A DNA stretch of 64,000 bases from Eledone cirrhosa (Eukaryota), in NCBI GenBank assembly GCA_964016885.1, contig OZ024743.1, positions 369,520,001 to 369,584,000 on the forward strand, in the 5' to 3' direction. Below the pieces are notes generated by a model. It was not told the DNA's origin. It searched no databases and saw nothing but the letters and a program-made list of their open reading frames with translations. Both the position numbers and the translations under genes were made by a program. Positions 18,740 to 33,184 of this stretch are shown piece after piece. Every line of letters starts with the position of its first letter. Position 1 is the stretch's first letter.

Positions 18740-19110
18740 ACAAGTGGTTGAAATGAGATTCCTTTGAAGGATTTTGGAGTAATATTACTCAAGAGAGTGC
18801 GTGACTCGGAGATCAGGAAGTCATTCCGGTTAAAGCTGCTACTTCTCTAAATTGAAAGATCACAGTTCCGATATTATGGACATGTGGTTAGAATGTTTCA
18901 GGAAAGAATTGCTCTGATTGGACAGATTTTATGGGCAAAACCAACAGGCAGAAGACCCAAGCAAAATGGTTTCATAAAATCCATGACTTGGGCTGGTCTC
19001 ACTTGGGAATCCAGCCAGATCAATTGGAGACATTTGTTTCTGACAGGACATGCTGGAAGGAGTATTTGAGGACTCTGCTCCCATGACCCTCCCAGGAATA
19101 AGTGAACAAA
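18740..19110 (+). mobile_element. Old RTE-like LINE (family C) 3' fragment
   Basis: Decayed LLL.IERSQ..YYGHVVRM.QERIA..QILWAKPTGRRP; homologous to the 23290, 31350, 45972 and 56950 segments. Confidence 0.65.
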
Positions 19111-19359
19111 GAAGATCTATGTGAATAGTTGTGTGGTATACTTTATTATTGGCTACAGTATAGTAGACAGGTGGGTGACTTATCTAGAACATGAAAGGAT
19201 TATTTATAACTTCTTATCAAGCACTTCATTATGTCAATAGCTTATCAAATGTACAGATCTAGTTTACTATCGCTGTCTCATTTTTTTACCTGTTGCTTAT
19301 CTTTGCAAAAATTGAAACAATTACTTGGGTATAGGTCAAGGGTTAATAATAACAATAAT

Positions 19360-19870
19360 AATGGTTTCTGATTTAGACACAAGGCCAACAATTTTGAGGA
19401 AGGGGAAGTTGATTAAATTGTGTTATTGCTACTTTATTTGATTGATCCCGTAAGGATGAAAGGCAAATCTATACCTTGGCAGGATTTGAACTCAGTACGT
19501 AAAGAGCCGTAACAATATGCCACAAAGCATGTTGTCCGACACTCTACATTTGGCACAAGGCCGGCAATTTGAAGGGAAAGAGAAAGTCCCAGTACTTGAC
19601 TGGTATTTATTTTATCAACCCCAGAATGATGAATGGCAAAGTTGACCTCTGTGGGATTTGTATTCAGAACATAAAGGGCTGTAACTAAATGCAGTCTATT
19701 ATATTGATTCCAGTACTTGACTAGTACATTGTTTCATTCCTTTGCAGTACAATGAAAGGCTAAGTTGATTTTAGTGGAATTTGAAGTAACAGACAGATCA
19801 CATATTGCAAAGCACTTTGATTACTTTAACGATTCTGCCATTTCATAGATTTCTAACTTTGACAAAGGAC
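19360..19870 (-). mobile_element. Cluster of decayed SINE copies
   Basis: Repeated GGATGAAAGGCAAAGTTGACC...GGATTTGAACTCAG (reverse B-box region) and GGCACAAGGCC motifs, as at 42768-42959. Confidence 0.65.
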
Positions 19871-20689
19871 CATGTTTGCTAGATTCGTTAGTTAAAGTTG
19901 CAGTAGGCAAGTATATTGTATAGAAAACAAAATTATCACTAATTGATGTGAACTTCAGAAAGCTGGTACAATGCAGTAGAAATAAAGGGCAAAGGATGAC
20001 AAATATAACAAAGCAAAATAATGTTTTTTACCCAGTATATTTCAACATGCTATTTCAGGGTTATACCCCTCTTTTCAAATTCAAAACAAAAACGATATGT
20101 GTAGATTGCTTATGCATGGAGCAGTTATAGAAACCACTCTGCTCCATGTAGTTCTATTCTACTGTTTATTTAAAGCTTTAATCTTGATTTGCCCACATTC
20201 CTTTCCATCACTTCTATGGTGACCTCAATATCTCAGATGCGGCATTTGTCTAGGCATATTTTGACAGAGGATGCTGTCATGTGCTCATTATTACGGGTGA
20301 TGGATGCTGGAATATCAGATAATGTCACTTTATCGGAATTCACATGTTGACATTCTTTGTTTTGCCTTTTTACCTCTTTTAGGATCAGTTAACCCTTTTG
20401 TTACCATATTTCTGATGAAATACACTGCCTATAATTTTCAAATAATGATGAAAATAACCAAGAATTTTGATGGATTTAGTAAATTAACTAACTTTCTCAT
20501 TATTAAACTGCTATTTGGAGTATAACTTGCATAAAATTACAAAGGAAGGTTTGCTTTATATCTTACTTGTGATACTAAAATAAAATACACTACAAATCAC
20601 ATACTGGCATCAATTTAATCATATATTTTTAATTCCAAAATTTCTAACTGTGTGTCATCATTGTCATCATCATCATCATCGCCAATAGT

Positions 20690-21560
20690 ATTATCATCAT
20701 CATTGTTTCAATGTCTGTTTTTTTTCCAGGCTTGCATGGGTTGGATGGGTCTTTCTCAGAACAGCATCTCTCCACTTGCCTCATTCCTTTGTTATCTTCT
20801 CTTTGAGTCACAGCAATTTGAGATCAGCTCCCACCTCCTCTGGTCTACCTCTACTGTGGCTTCTCTCTACTGGGATTTCCTGGCATTTCTCCACCTATCA
20901 GTCATTGTCCATGCAAATTACATGTCTGGACCAATGCAGTCTTCTCTCCTGCAAACCACGTCGGATTCCTCTAAAACGCAGCTTCTCCCTCAGTTCATCC
21001 AAGCTCTGTCTTTCTCTTATATTTATATTACACATCCAATGAAGCATAGTTGCTTCATTTCTCTCCAGTCTACGCATGTCCTTTGCAGTCACTGTCCATG
21101 TTTCACTATCATGTAGCATTGCACCTTGTGCACAGGCGTCATGCAGTTGTCCTTTTATATGAAGGGAACCTTTTGTAGTCAACAGTGGGAATATCTTTCT
21201 AAATGTCTTCCGTTTCTACTCTCATTTTAATGCCAGCTCCTCTGTGCATATCTTGCACTGCCCTCACAAGCCATTCTTCTACACCTAATTTTCATTAAGG
21301 ACCACCAGATACTAGATTGAGGAACTCTGTCTAAGGCCTTTTCTAGGTCAATAAAAGCTAAATATTGTGGCTTATTCTTGGCTAGGAACTTCTTGTAATT
21401 GCCTCACTAAGAAGGCGGCAACTGTAGTACTTTTCCCAGGCATGAAACCAAACTACATCTCATATAATTTGACTCTTTCCTTAATTAGTTGCACGATAAC
21501 TCTTTCCGTCACTTTCATAACTTAATCCATTAGTTTTATTCCTCTATAGTTGTTCCTTTT
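20690..21560 (-). mobile_element. Decayed RTE LINE (related to families A/B)
   Basis: MLHDSETW...RRLERNEATMLHWMCN...ERRLHW, upstream remnants of FIDLEKA and FGFMPGKST, and (CAT)n near 20665-20700. Confidence 0.75.
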
Positions 21561-21819
21561 TATTATATACTATATTTATTATATTGTTGTTATCATCATC
21601 ATCATCATCACTGCTGCTACCATTGCTACTGCAATAACCGGACACCATATATAATGTAACTCTCCAACTTTGACCTTTATATTTTGGCATAAAATATATT
21701 TGCCGTATCTTTATATATATTTCTGAGTCCTGTATATTGTTCCATTGGAAAAGGTGTGCAACATACAGCTATAAAGGAATAGGAGATAAGGAAAGTAAAG
21801 AGTCTGACAGAAAATATTG

Positions 21820-22247
21820 TTTCTGCTTGTATATAAGCCGAGAAATAGGTGAGAAAAACTTTGATGGTAAAATGGAGGTCGGCTTATATTCGAGGTCAAT
21901 ATTTTGCTAATTTTCACCAGATTCAAAATTCTATGTAAATGTGGTACTAAAATATTTTTGCTTTGGAGGATGTAAAATTCATATTCCCTGTTGTTTTTGA
22001 TATGTTTTGAATGAATATGGCTTTCAAAATGGTCAGAAATTGGTAAAAAAATCATTATGTAATGGATTTGTGAGACATAAACTATAATCTCAGCAACACT
22101 TAAAACATTTCAATTATCAAAATATTAAAACTTCATAAATTATTCTCGATGCATGAGAATTTCAAAACAGCACCATCTAAACAATAGCTGCCTCTGCTTA
22201 GAAACGGGGTTTGGATTTTTGCCCATTATATTCGAGTATATACAGTA
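21820..22247. mobile_element. Non-autonomous TIR DNA element remnant (Tc/mariner/pogo-type MITE-like)
   Basis: TATAAGCCGA...TCGGCTTATATTCGAG...TTATATTCGAGTATATACAGTA; homologous to 61680-62209. Confidence 0.5.
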
Positions 22248-23289
22248 AGTTTGTGCCTTATGTCTAAGGGGTTATAGGTCAGATGATATAAAGTATCAAA
22301 CAGATAGATTGTTGGGTCAAAATTGAAGACCAGAAGAGTCTTATGTATATGAGTTGTTGTTTTGCTTGAAGATTAACATCTATATATCTTTGAAAAATGT
22401 TGTTTGACTGGTGTAATTTGATGGAGATGTATGTGGCATGTAGGAATTTCACTTTATAAATTACTGTTTTTAACTTCAAAGAAAGAAATGATACAAAATT
22501 TTGCATATGACTCATTAAATTCTGTAGCAATATTGTAAATTAAAAAAAAGGTGGTTTAACATCCTGCAATGATTTAATAGAAATCATCTAAAAATGTGTT
22601 TGTTCATTCAAATATTCAGAGTATCGTTACTAGTGGGTTTGTATAATGTTACTTCACTTGAGAATGATTGTAGTCATAATGCTGTTTTATTATACTTCTC
22701 AGAAATATTTTGCTAATGTGGTTACATGCAGTACAAGTTTTTAGGAAATAATTTTGCAAATGAAATTTCCAAAATTCAACTAAATATGAGCCAAATCAGA
22801 AAGAGACAGTGTATGTGTTACATTTTTGAAAGGAGAAAGTTTGATGGTGATGAAATGAACCGATGAGAAAATGAGAGAAAAGACAGTATGGAAATATAAG
22901 AAGGACAGGATGGAATACAAGTGTATGATAGAAAGAGAAACACATCCACTCTAATTTTATCTAATATTTCTAAATAGTGTATACATGTGTATGTGCAGAT
23001 GTGGGTAAATATACATGGCTATGTACATACACCTCTGCAGAAAAATAATCATTGAGATTTTGTTAATGCAACCTATGCCATTCAAATATTGTATTAATAT
23101 GTGAAACGGGCAATTCTGCTTGCCCATGCTAGCGTGGAAGATGGGCGTTAAACGATGATGATGATTCTCCAGCCAAAGGACGGTTAATATATGTACAAAT
23201 GCCATTTATTGAGATTAGAGTATGTTGGCAAGTGGGAACCTGTTGTTATATTCATGTTATATTTGTTGTTTTCTTTGTCCACTTATTTG

Positions 23290-23800
23290 GACAGAGTCCT
23301 CAAACACTCCTTCCAGTGGGTAATGTTGGAAGCAACTGTCTCCAGTTGATCCGGCTGGATCCCCAAGTGAGATCAGCTGAGCTCATGGATGTTATCCAAC
23401 CATCTTGCTCGGGATCTACCACTTGGTTTCCTGATGGTTGGTTTTTGCCCATAAAATCTGTCCAGCGATTCTTTCCTGAGACATTCTAACCACATGCTCT
23501 CAATTCGGAGAAGTAGTGGATCTACCTGGAGTGACTCTCTGATCTCTGGGCTATGCACTTTATTGAGTAACATTATTCCAAAAACCCATAGTAGGAACCC
23601 CATTTTGGCCACTTGTATTTGTAATCATATTCTTTTGTTCATTACCCAAGATTCATGACAAATATTGAATTGAAGATAGAGAGTTTGGCTTTTACACCTA
23701 CCTCAAACCAATCAATTGCATGTTGATCACTTTCTGACAAGTAATACCATGTCGTCTGCAAATTCTAGCTGGCTGATCCTACTCCTGCCAGTTGTGATAC
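23290..23800 (-). mobile_element. Old RTE-like LINE family C fragment
   Basis: EIRESLQVDPLLLRIE...GRSRARWLDNIHELS, plus an upstream FADDMVL remnant (23745-23765). Confidence 0.65.
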
Positions 23801-24679
23801 TATATTTGTTGCCGACTGTCTATATTGACTATTTATTTTGTCTGTCTATTTATTATAAAAAACAAAAAATAATAATATATCATATCAAAATTTTAGGCAA
23901 TTTTCTTTTTAAACTATTTTTCCTGCTCAGAATTTCTTGGTTTTTGTCTTTTGAGAGTCTAAACATGATGTAATTTTATAAAATAGGAATAGAAACTTAA
24001 AAATAAATAAAGATGCACTTTATAGATAGATAAATAAACTTTATAGATAAATAACAAGTTGGCAACTCAAGCAAATAATGTAAATTATTATATTCAAATT
24101 GTTCATTTTGTCTTTTTCTCAAGTTCAATTAAAGTTCTTTGGAAAATTACCATTTTATAATTCCTTTCTGGATAATTGAAGTAGTCCTCATTGCCTTCTG
24201 GTTGACACACACCACTATAATTTGTTTATTATCAATAATCACTTTGACATCTAGCTAGAATTTTATCTATTATATGAATTATTTTCTATTAGTTACTTAA
24301 TAGTTTTTATATCTCACTGCATAAAACAGGTGTTTTCTTTTTTAAACAAAATAATGTTTCATATAAAAGAGAAAGTATATGGAATCATTATGTGACTTTT
24401 TAAAATTTGCTTTTTATTTTTTAAAAAATTGATTTTCCAATAAATGTGTGTAATGGAAACATTTGTATGTGCAGGGTAATATAAAACAAAGAATATACAG
24501 TTAAGAAAAATGATTGTTGAAAAGTATTAGTTTGTTGAATGGAGTCCTTTCTAGTAGTTAAATGAAACAAATCAGTGAAGCTGAACATAAAAATGATTCA
24601 AAACATGATGAGCAGAGAGAGAAAGAAATGTGACCGCATGAGAATTTTTCACCATTAATGAACACCCTAATGTTGTAAT

Positions 24680-24920
24680 GAGGTAGTGCTGGAGCCACGA
24701 AAAGAAGCACCCAGCCCACACTCTAAGGTGGTAGTGCCGGAGCCACAATAAAATGCTCCCAGTACACACTGTAAAGTGGTTGGTGTTAGGAAGGGCTTCC
24801 AGCTGTAAAAACCATGCCAAAATGAAGTTTATGAGCAGGATCTAATCACCTGATTCCTCTCAAGCCTCAGTATATGGCAGCCCATCTAACCCATGAAAGC
24901 ATGGATAATGATGATGTAAA
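24680..24920 (+). mobile_element. RTE/SINE 3' tail remnant
   Basis: AAGCACCCAG...CACTGTAAAGTGGTTGGTGTTAGGAAGGGC.TCCAGCTGTA...AACCCATG..AGCATGG..ATGATGATG. Confidence 0.6.
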
Positions 24921-27267
24921 TGTGTGTTTTCTGTTCACTAGTTCTATGATGAGTACCAGTGAATGTACCCTCTTTGAGTCTTCCTATACTGAAGCTTATA
25001 ACTAGGGAATGATATTAGTTAATATTATGTTTGTAAAGACTTATTAATTTTTTATATTGGCACAAGTCCTCAAATATGAGTGATGTTACTGAAGACTGGC
25101 AATAATATGTGATTTTCCCTCCATGTTTATTTTTGACTGCACCTTATGACAGTGTTAGAAGCAGATTTTAGTTTTGAGAGTGAATAAAAAAAAAAATACT
25201 GCTCTTAAGTGTTGTGGTTAACAAAAACAAATATCATAGCAAGTGATATGGTAGTTGATAAATAGGGAAGTAGAAAGTAAAATTTGATAGGCTGGAAATT
25301 TATGTAAATATAGTTACCTACTTGGAGCTGATAATGTTTTGAGTTATTTTTGAAATTCTATTTAATTTATGATAAAAGTATGTTTTGAGTTAACTTAAAT
25401 ATTATATATTTTTAGATATGAAGAACCCTTATTTTAAATTGTTTAACATTTTAATTTTCTTTTTCAGTTAGAACTGTGTTATAATAAAATTATTCTGTGT
25501 CTATCTTAACTCATAACGTCTTGCATTGCATGAAACTGCACTAGCAAGGCATCTTTAGTCTAATACTGCAAATTTTCATTACAATCTGTCCACAAGATAT
25601 ACAGATTTGAATTAACAAATCCATTTCTAAATATTTTCTGCTAAATCCTTATATGATGTTAAGAATTATGGAATATTTTAAGATAAAAAAAGATTAAATT
25701 AAATATTATTTTTTCTTTTATATTAGAAGCAAAGTAGTTAAGACAACAGAATACAATATATAGAAAACATGTTCTATTTGTAGATTGTATAAATCATATA
25801 TTTTCCTTTTAGTTTTTTTTTGTCAATATAATTATATTTATTTATTTTTTTAAAATCCTTTTTGATTCAAAAAGCGCAGTAAGGAAGATCTTCTTAAAGG
25901 ATAGATGTTTCTGATATGAATAGATCAATAGAAATTAGAATTTCTGTTTGTTGCAATGTGCTTTGATTGAAGACACATTGTTCTAAATCTAACCACTATG
26001 TTGTAAAGGTGAAGTTAGCTTAGAGAAAGTAGAGTTCTAACTACTATGCTGTGAAGTTGGGGTAATTTAGATAATATAAACTGTACCTACATATACATTC
26101 TTTTTTCCTTATAAACACAAACATTTTTCTAACTGCACAGGCATGGCTGTGTGGTTATGAACTTTGCTTCACATCCATCACCATGGATTCAATCACACTG
26201 CATGACTCAGATCCAACAATGCCCTTTGACTGAAATTTGGTTGATGAAAACTGGTTGGAAGCCCACCATTGTGTGTATATTGGACAGCAAAAAAGGTGTA
26301 CGTATGGGAGAAAAATCAGTTCATTAAATGAAAATATCTTGTGGCATTAACTTTGATATTGGTTGTCTCCCTGTACAACCAGTTGACTTTGCCTTTTGGC
26401 CTCCCCCAAGTTTCTAGGTTTTCTAACATACTACATAGCTGCAATCCAATAAATGAAACCAGTAAAAGAATGTCAGCAACAATTACTACATCTCTGCAAA
26501 TAGATATATTTTCATGCATTCCTGGAGCAGGGCCACTGATATGAGTCATTTCCCCTTTTTTTAGGAGGACATACACTTCAATGACCTGACAGGGTTTTGA
26601 TCTGTTGACCTTTGAATCAAAAGGTCCAACTTGATAATTAAATATATAGTCACAAAACATATCTTTGCAATGTCAGTTGGCAAAAGTCAATTAGTTTTAT
26701 TGTATTTTAATTTAACTGTAGTCAGTAGTAGTAGTAGTAAGATGGAAATATAACAGCAGTTGCTATGTTTACTACCATTTATCTTGATAGCTCTCTCATT
26801 TTTGCTACTTGAAGAACATTAGAGAGTACTTGATATTATTGCTGAAGTGATATTTTTTGCTATTGAAGTATGAATAGGGTAGGTGACCTCTGTGTGGTGT
26901 GTGGCTGTGAATGTTACTGTAGATGACATTCAACATTCAAGTGTTCTGCTTAATATAATAACGATATTGTATTGATAGTGAGTGCAGTGAGGTAGCAAGC
27001 AGTAAACTTTCAAATAAACCAAGTCCACAGCCTAGTTAAAATTTCCAGTTTGATCTAGTTCACTTCACTTCACTTTGTGTTCATCAACTTCACTTCACTT
27101 TGTGTTCATCAACTTCCAGCCCGGAACTCCCACATGAACCTCATTTAAATTTGTGTGTCCTGTACCTATAATCCAGAAGTCATTATTATCTATAATTTAT
27201 CATTAAACCATAAAAGAAGGATAATGTAATTGCACAAAAATTACACTAAATGGGATATTTTTATATA

Positions 27268-28580
27268 CGAGGGGGGGATCAAAAAGTTTGCTGAATTTTT
27301 CAGAAAATATTCTATTTTTCAAAAAATATGATTTACCTTCAATTTATTTTTTCTACATAGTTGCCATCCAGGTCAATACACTTCACAAGGCGATGCTTCC
27401 AGCTCCGTAAGCCGTCTCTAAAGAAAGTTGAAGGCCTTGTTTGAAGCCATGTGTTGGCAGTGTTTTTAGCTTCTTCAACACCACTAAAACGGGTTCCTTT
27501 TAGCATTTCTTTGAGTTTTGGAAAGAGGAAAAAGTCTGATGGAGCTAAATCTGGACTATAAGGCGGGTGAGGAAGCACTTCCCATCGAAATTCTCGAAGA
27601 ACTTCTTTTGCAACCCGCGCAGAATGCGCTGGTGCATTGTCATGGTCAAACAAGATCCCACCATGAAGTTTCCCTTTTCGTTTCTTGACTAATGCCTCTT
27701 TCAGCTTCCTTAAAACATTTGCATAGTAAGCTCCTGTCACAGTTCTTTGACCTTCAAGATAATCTATTAGTATCACCCCATCTGAATCCCAGAAAATGGT
27801 GGCCATCACTTTTTGATCCGACTTTTGAGATTTGAACTTGATTGGCCCTGATGATCCACGTGGAAGCCACTGTTTTGACTGCTGTTTGGATTCAGGATCA
27901 TACTGGTAGATCCAGGTTTCATCTCCGGTGATGATTCTGGTCAGGAAATGCTCTTCATCAGCTTCAATTTTGTTTAATATCGCCAAAGACAGATCACTTC
28001 GAAGAATCAGCTGATCAGGGCGCAACGCTTTTGGGACCCATCGCGCTAAAAGCTTGCTTAGTCCCAAATTATCGTGCAAAATTGAATTTGCCGAACCATA
28101 TGAAATGTCTAGGGACTTAGCTAACTGATTAACTGTTATTCTCCGATCTTCTTCAATTAAAGTCTGAGCAGCCTCAACGTTTTGGTCATTTTTTGATGTT
28201 CCTAGTCTTCTACTGCGATGGTCGTCTTCAAGATCGTCTTCCCTTGTTTGAATCGCTGAATCCACTTGTAGACAGCAGTTTTCTTTGGAGCAGTAGTACC
28301 GTAAACTTTAACTAAAGCCTCCATAATCTGTGTGTCTTTCCATTTGAGTTTCACCAGAAACTTGATATTCGATCTTATCTCAAAATAACTATTTTCCATT
28401 GTTCCAAAAAGAGGTTTTTTAAAGAGTGTCAGTACTGTAAAATAGTCCGCACATAACTGACTGCAAGTGACTAATAGCAAGGTAAACACCCAGTGACAAT
28501 GTTCTGACATGTTTAATATTGTTTTAACCTATTTTTTTCTTACTACGATAAAATTCCGCGAACTTTTTGATCCCCCCTCG
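27268..28580 (-). mobile_element. Full-length mariner DNA transposon (1313 bp), irritans/Hsmar2-like
   Basis: TIRs CGAGGGGGGGATCAAAAAGTT / AACTTTTTGATCCCCCCTCG, TA target-site duplications at 27266-27267 and 28581-28582, transposase inside. Confidence 0.95.
27339..28399 (-). pseudogene. Mariner D,D34D transposase with one frameshift near 28242
   Basis: MENSYFEIRS..VYKWIQRFKQG | REDDLEDD..WVPKAL..GDETWIY..DNAPAH..YSPDLAPSDF; 34 residues between the last two catalytic Asp. Confidence 0.92.
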
Positions 28581-28694
28581 TATACTCTACTGCAATCCTA
28601 TTTGCCAATTTTTAAAAAGACTTTGGGGTTTTGTTTGTTTTAAATTAGGGTTTAAATCATTTTTACTTGACAAGATTACAGTATCGATTATTCG

Positions 28695-28917
28695 TTAAAC
28701 CATTCACATTGCTCTATATATACTATTTTATTTTGGTAGTAAACACTTTATCTTACATAATTATCTCACAAAATATCGAATCTATGAGATTTTGATGTTA
28801 TTTATCTTGAGAACAATACCTTAACATCAGTATGAGTGGCCAGTTACAGCCGATTTGAACAGAAAGAGGTGAGACATTTCTGGCCAGATATGGCCGGTTT
28901 GAATGCTAAAGGGTTAA
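28695..28917. mobile_element. piggyBac-type MITE, decayed copy
   Basis: Reverse-orientation homolog of 62536-62731; ends CTAAAGGG-TTAA. Confidence 0.55.
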
Positions 28918-30087
28918 ATAAAAATCATCCACAATAACTTTTGTTTGTTACAAATACCATCTTAATAATGACAATAATTTCAGTAAGTTAGTTACTGAAA
29001 AGATTTCATTAATTATTTCAAATAATGCTTAATTCATTAGAAATATGGTAACAGAAGAGTTAATTATAGCTAGTTAATGATATATTAATTTTGTTATAAA
29101 ATAATGAATTCATGTGAGCAACTTAATGTGTAATATTGTCAAGTGAAAGAATAAATATATTAACTTTAAGTCTTCAGATTACTTGAGTTGCTTGATTTAA
29201 ATAAAGTAATCAATGTAAATGTTCAACATTCTAAGACTCTTTAACTACTGTATCCCTGTTCCCTCTCTCTAGGAGGGAAATCACCTAGCTAAGAATTAAG
29301 GTGTAGTTTCATAGCCTGATCTACTGGAACAAATCTGCCCATAATGATAACCTTGTTCAGTTGTTCTCATACCATCTACCTTGGTTTCTTATGTACTATT
29401 AACTAATATTTAGTTGTCCTACATTCACCTTGCCCACAAACATCTACTTTTCCTTGTTAGTAAAACCTCTGTCACTATTTGTTAGTTATTTCACTGTTTG
29501 GGGATCTTTTCAGTATCAGCATGCCGTGTATCTTGAAGCATTTAATAGCTTGACCTTGGAACAAAGCAACAGCTATAGTAGCACCATTACACACCACCTG
29601 TGCTCACTTGAACTATTCTCTACTAGCAATACCAAATAGTTGAACGACAAATTAACCAATGCTGTTCTAGCATTATTAAACCATGACCAACAACAACAAC
29701 AGTGAATCTCTCCTGGAGTTAGTAACAATGTTTTATTATTTCTTCACAAGAAAATAACCGTTTATTATAATGTAATGATATTATATAATTCCAGATTGCT
29801 CCTTAGCCAGGATTGACTACCGACTAAAGGATATACTACATGAAATTTCAGGATTATCCTATCAGTGCTGGGACAGGGGAGTAATCTGTATTTTGTCTTC
29901 AATTCACAATCAATAGAAAGTAATTATCAGTTTATACTAGATGGAAATGTTTATAAATCACCAGAGAGGGAGAGAGGGAGAGAGTGAGAGTGAGTGAGGT
30001 GGCTGACTAAACACACACATGCTTTCTTCCTGTAAAAAAATTTTTTTCTTGTTTCTTCCTCTTTTCGCTCTTGTCTATTTTTCTATT

Positions 30088-30127
30088 TCTTCATCTGATG
30101 AAAGACTAATATCCGAAACGTTAAGAT
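30088..30127 (+). ncRNA. Decayed minimal hammerhead motif
   Basis: CTGATGA (30095-30101), 13 nt, then GAAACGTTA with palindromic AACGTT stem III. Stems I and II are weak. Confidence 0.45.
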
Positions 30128-30364
30128 ACTTTTCCTATTATATCAAGCGTTAAACTATTATATATCATCATTGTACTGTATCACACTCCTGTGTTGTTTA
30201 TCATCATTGGTTTTTTTGTATACATAAACATGCATATGTATACACAAATGTATGTAGAAGTCAGTCCTATGATAAAATAAATATACTTATACTCTGCTAA
30301 CATATTGAATACTTTTGAATATATATTGAATACTTTTTTTAACTGTAGTCACCTCCTGATATAC

Positions 30365-30412
<48 letters not shown>

Positions 30413-31349
30413 TTTGTATTTTATGATCATAATTTGGCATTAATGTACTGGTTGGATGCCCTTCCTATCACCAGCACCATTTTACACCATGGACTGGGTG
30501 CTTTTATTTGTGCCTGAATGCCACTTCCATTACCTTACCTCCATTTTACAGCATGGACTGGGTGCCACCAGCACTAGTAAAGTCATCTTACTGAACTTCG
30601 GGGGCTTCTCCACCCCGCATCAATTTATTCAAAGTGGTTGCTCTCCTAGACGAGTTGCCTACACTTCAGCTTATGGAGCCTCCATCTGCCACATACCTGT
30701 TCTGAGCGGTCATGGGCCGCTATTCATGTATATTAAGGTACTTTTAGTGAGTCTACATTTCTCGTGTAGTGGTGGTGGGGCAGTTGGGGAAGAGAAAGTG
30801 ATGATGAGGTTTTGGGGGACTGGGTTTATGGTGCTATATGCACGAGGAAGCAGATGGTATATGGCATACCAGAAGGTGTTGGTGGTGGGGTGGGAGTGTT
30901 TGCAATGGCAACTAATATGGTAACTGACGAGTCCTGTCACTATAAATATTAAAAACTTATAAACACACACACACACACACACTCACAAAACACACATGTA
31001 CATTTACTCACTCATACACATAAACATACATACATTTATTCAAACACATATATATACATATAAAATGTTTAACACTTATCTGTACAATGTTTCAAACTCG
31101 ACTGAGCAAATATATATATATATATATATATATTGTAACTTTGTTTACCTGAAATTATTACCAATTACTACTGTTTGGTTTAATAGGGTCTTTAAATGTT
31201 CCCTTATTACATTCTTGGCACTAGTGTTTATTACTTTTCCCACTCAGACCTTCATTTAAATGTATTTGATTAATAATACATACATCATGGAATCATATTT
31301 CAGGATTCAAGGTTGCTGGCCTTGTGCCTGTGTTAGAAAACTTCTTATT

Positions 31350-31740
31350 CACCAATTGATTTCTGGGTGAGTCATGGAGGAAGTGTCCTCAAGTACCCCT
31401 TCCAGAAGGTCCTGTCAGGAGCTACCATCTCCAATTGATTCAGCTGAAATCCTCATGCAAAACTAGCCGGGCTCGTGAATGTTATTCAACCATCTTGCTT
31501 GGAGTTTACCCCTTGGTCTCCTGCTGGTTGATTTTGCCTGTAAAATCTGTCCAGCGATCTTTTTCCCTGAGACATTCTAACCACATGTCCATAATATTGG
31601 AGCTTTGATCCCTCAATTAGGAGAAGTAGTAGCTCTACCTGGAGTGATTCCCTCATCTCCAAGCTCTGCAATCTATCGACTAATGTTACTCCAAACACCC
31701 TATGAAGGAACCTCATTTCATCCACTTGTATTCTCAATTG
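31350..31740 (-). mobile_element. Old RTE-like LINE family C fragment
   Basis: EMRFLHRVFGVTLVDRLQSLEMRESLQVELLLLLIE..LQYYGHVVRM. Confidence 0.7.
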
Positions 31741-31869
31741 AAAACATTTCAAAATCCATAGCAATCCATTGATTCTTATACTATATATATATTTCGTCCA
31801 TTTTTAATATACTTTTAGACAATTCCAGTCATATCAAAATATATCAAGTCACCACAAGTTATATTTTCT

Positions 31870-31911
<42 letters not shown>

Positions 31912-32350
31912 GTTAAACATAATGAAAAGGTTATATAGTTTCTTTTGCTCTGGTAGCATTTTATAATTTCATATCCATTGAGATTTCATTTTTGTCTATA
32001 TTTTCTATCTATTATTTAAAACTATATATAAGTTTTCACGTTATTTTTATCTTTTCATTTCTCAATAAAAGGGTTGTTTGATTCTAATTTTAGCTTCCAG
32101 GCAAGAGATATATTGATCAAGTTACCTTGAGATGCAACCTCCCAGCTCCATTAAGTGATTGATTGATTTCTTAGAGAATTCTCCATTTTGTTGTTTGTCT
32201 TGTAAAGTAGGTTAACTAACAGCTAAGGCCTAATAGATTCTGCTATGAAAATTATCTTAAATAACTTTCTACCTTAGTTAGTTAGCATGTGGAAATTTTT
32301 CAAGCTGAAAAAAATTTATTTCAGGAATTCTCATCACTACCTATGTTATA

Positions 32351-32406
<56 letters not shown>

Positions 32407-32410
<4 letters not shown>

Positions 32411-33184
32411 AAAGATAGACGGTAGCCATGGAGTAGGCAGACCCAGAAAAACATGGGACGAGCTGATAAATTCCGACCTCACACGCTTACACCTCTCCAA
32501 GACAATGTCACTGGACCGAGACCTTTGGCGGTACTCAGTAATAGAGAAGACCCGCCTTACCTAAATACAAAGTAAAAACCTACTACAGTCAGTAGGCATC
32601 TCTATCAAAACACACCCCCGTCCCACCACCTCCACCCCACCCACACCGCCCCTTTCAATGTAAAGTTATGTTGGTCCCACAACATCCAGGCCGAAACAAA
32701 TGAGATCGTGTAGGTGTCACGACAAAAAACACACAGTCCACGCTGTAAATGTGGCCGTGTAGGCAACACGGTAAAAAACCTCCCAGCCCCACACTGTAAA
32801 TGTGGTTGGTGTTAGGAAGGGCATCCAGCTGTAGAAAACCCGCCAGACAGTCCATGCTGTAATGTGGCCGTGTAGGCAACACGGTAAAAAACCTCCCAGC
32901 CCCACACTGTAAATGTGGTTGGTGTTAGGAAGGACATCCAGCTGTAGAAAACCCGCCAGACAGTCCATGCTGTAATGTGGCCGTGTAGGCAACACGGTAA
33001 AAACCTCCCAGCCCCACACTGTAAATGTGGTTGGTGTTAGGAAGGGCATCCAACTGTAGAAAACCCGCCAGACAGTCCTATGCGAGCAAGACTCTTGCCT
33101 CAAGTGGGAAAACCCCCGTCCAAACCCATGCAAGCGTGGAACACGGACGCTAAACCTGATGATGATGATGATGATGATGATGAT
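32407..33184 (+). mobile_element. RTE family A 3' fragment with triplicated UTR segment and (GAT)n tail
   Basis: IKIDGSHGVGRPRKTW...IEKTRLT*; a ~113-bp unit occurs three times (32733-33078); both ends abut (TA)n. Confidence 0.9.

Noticed and set aside
30924-30945. CTGACGAGTCC as a hammerhead core
   Set aside because: There is no matching GGAC-GAAA downstream.
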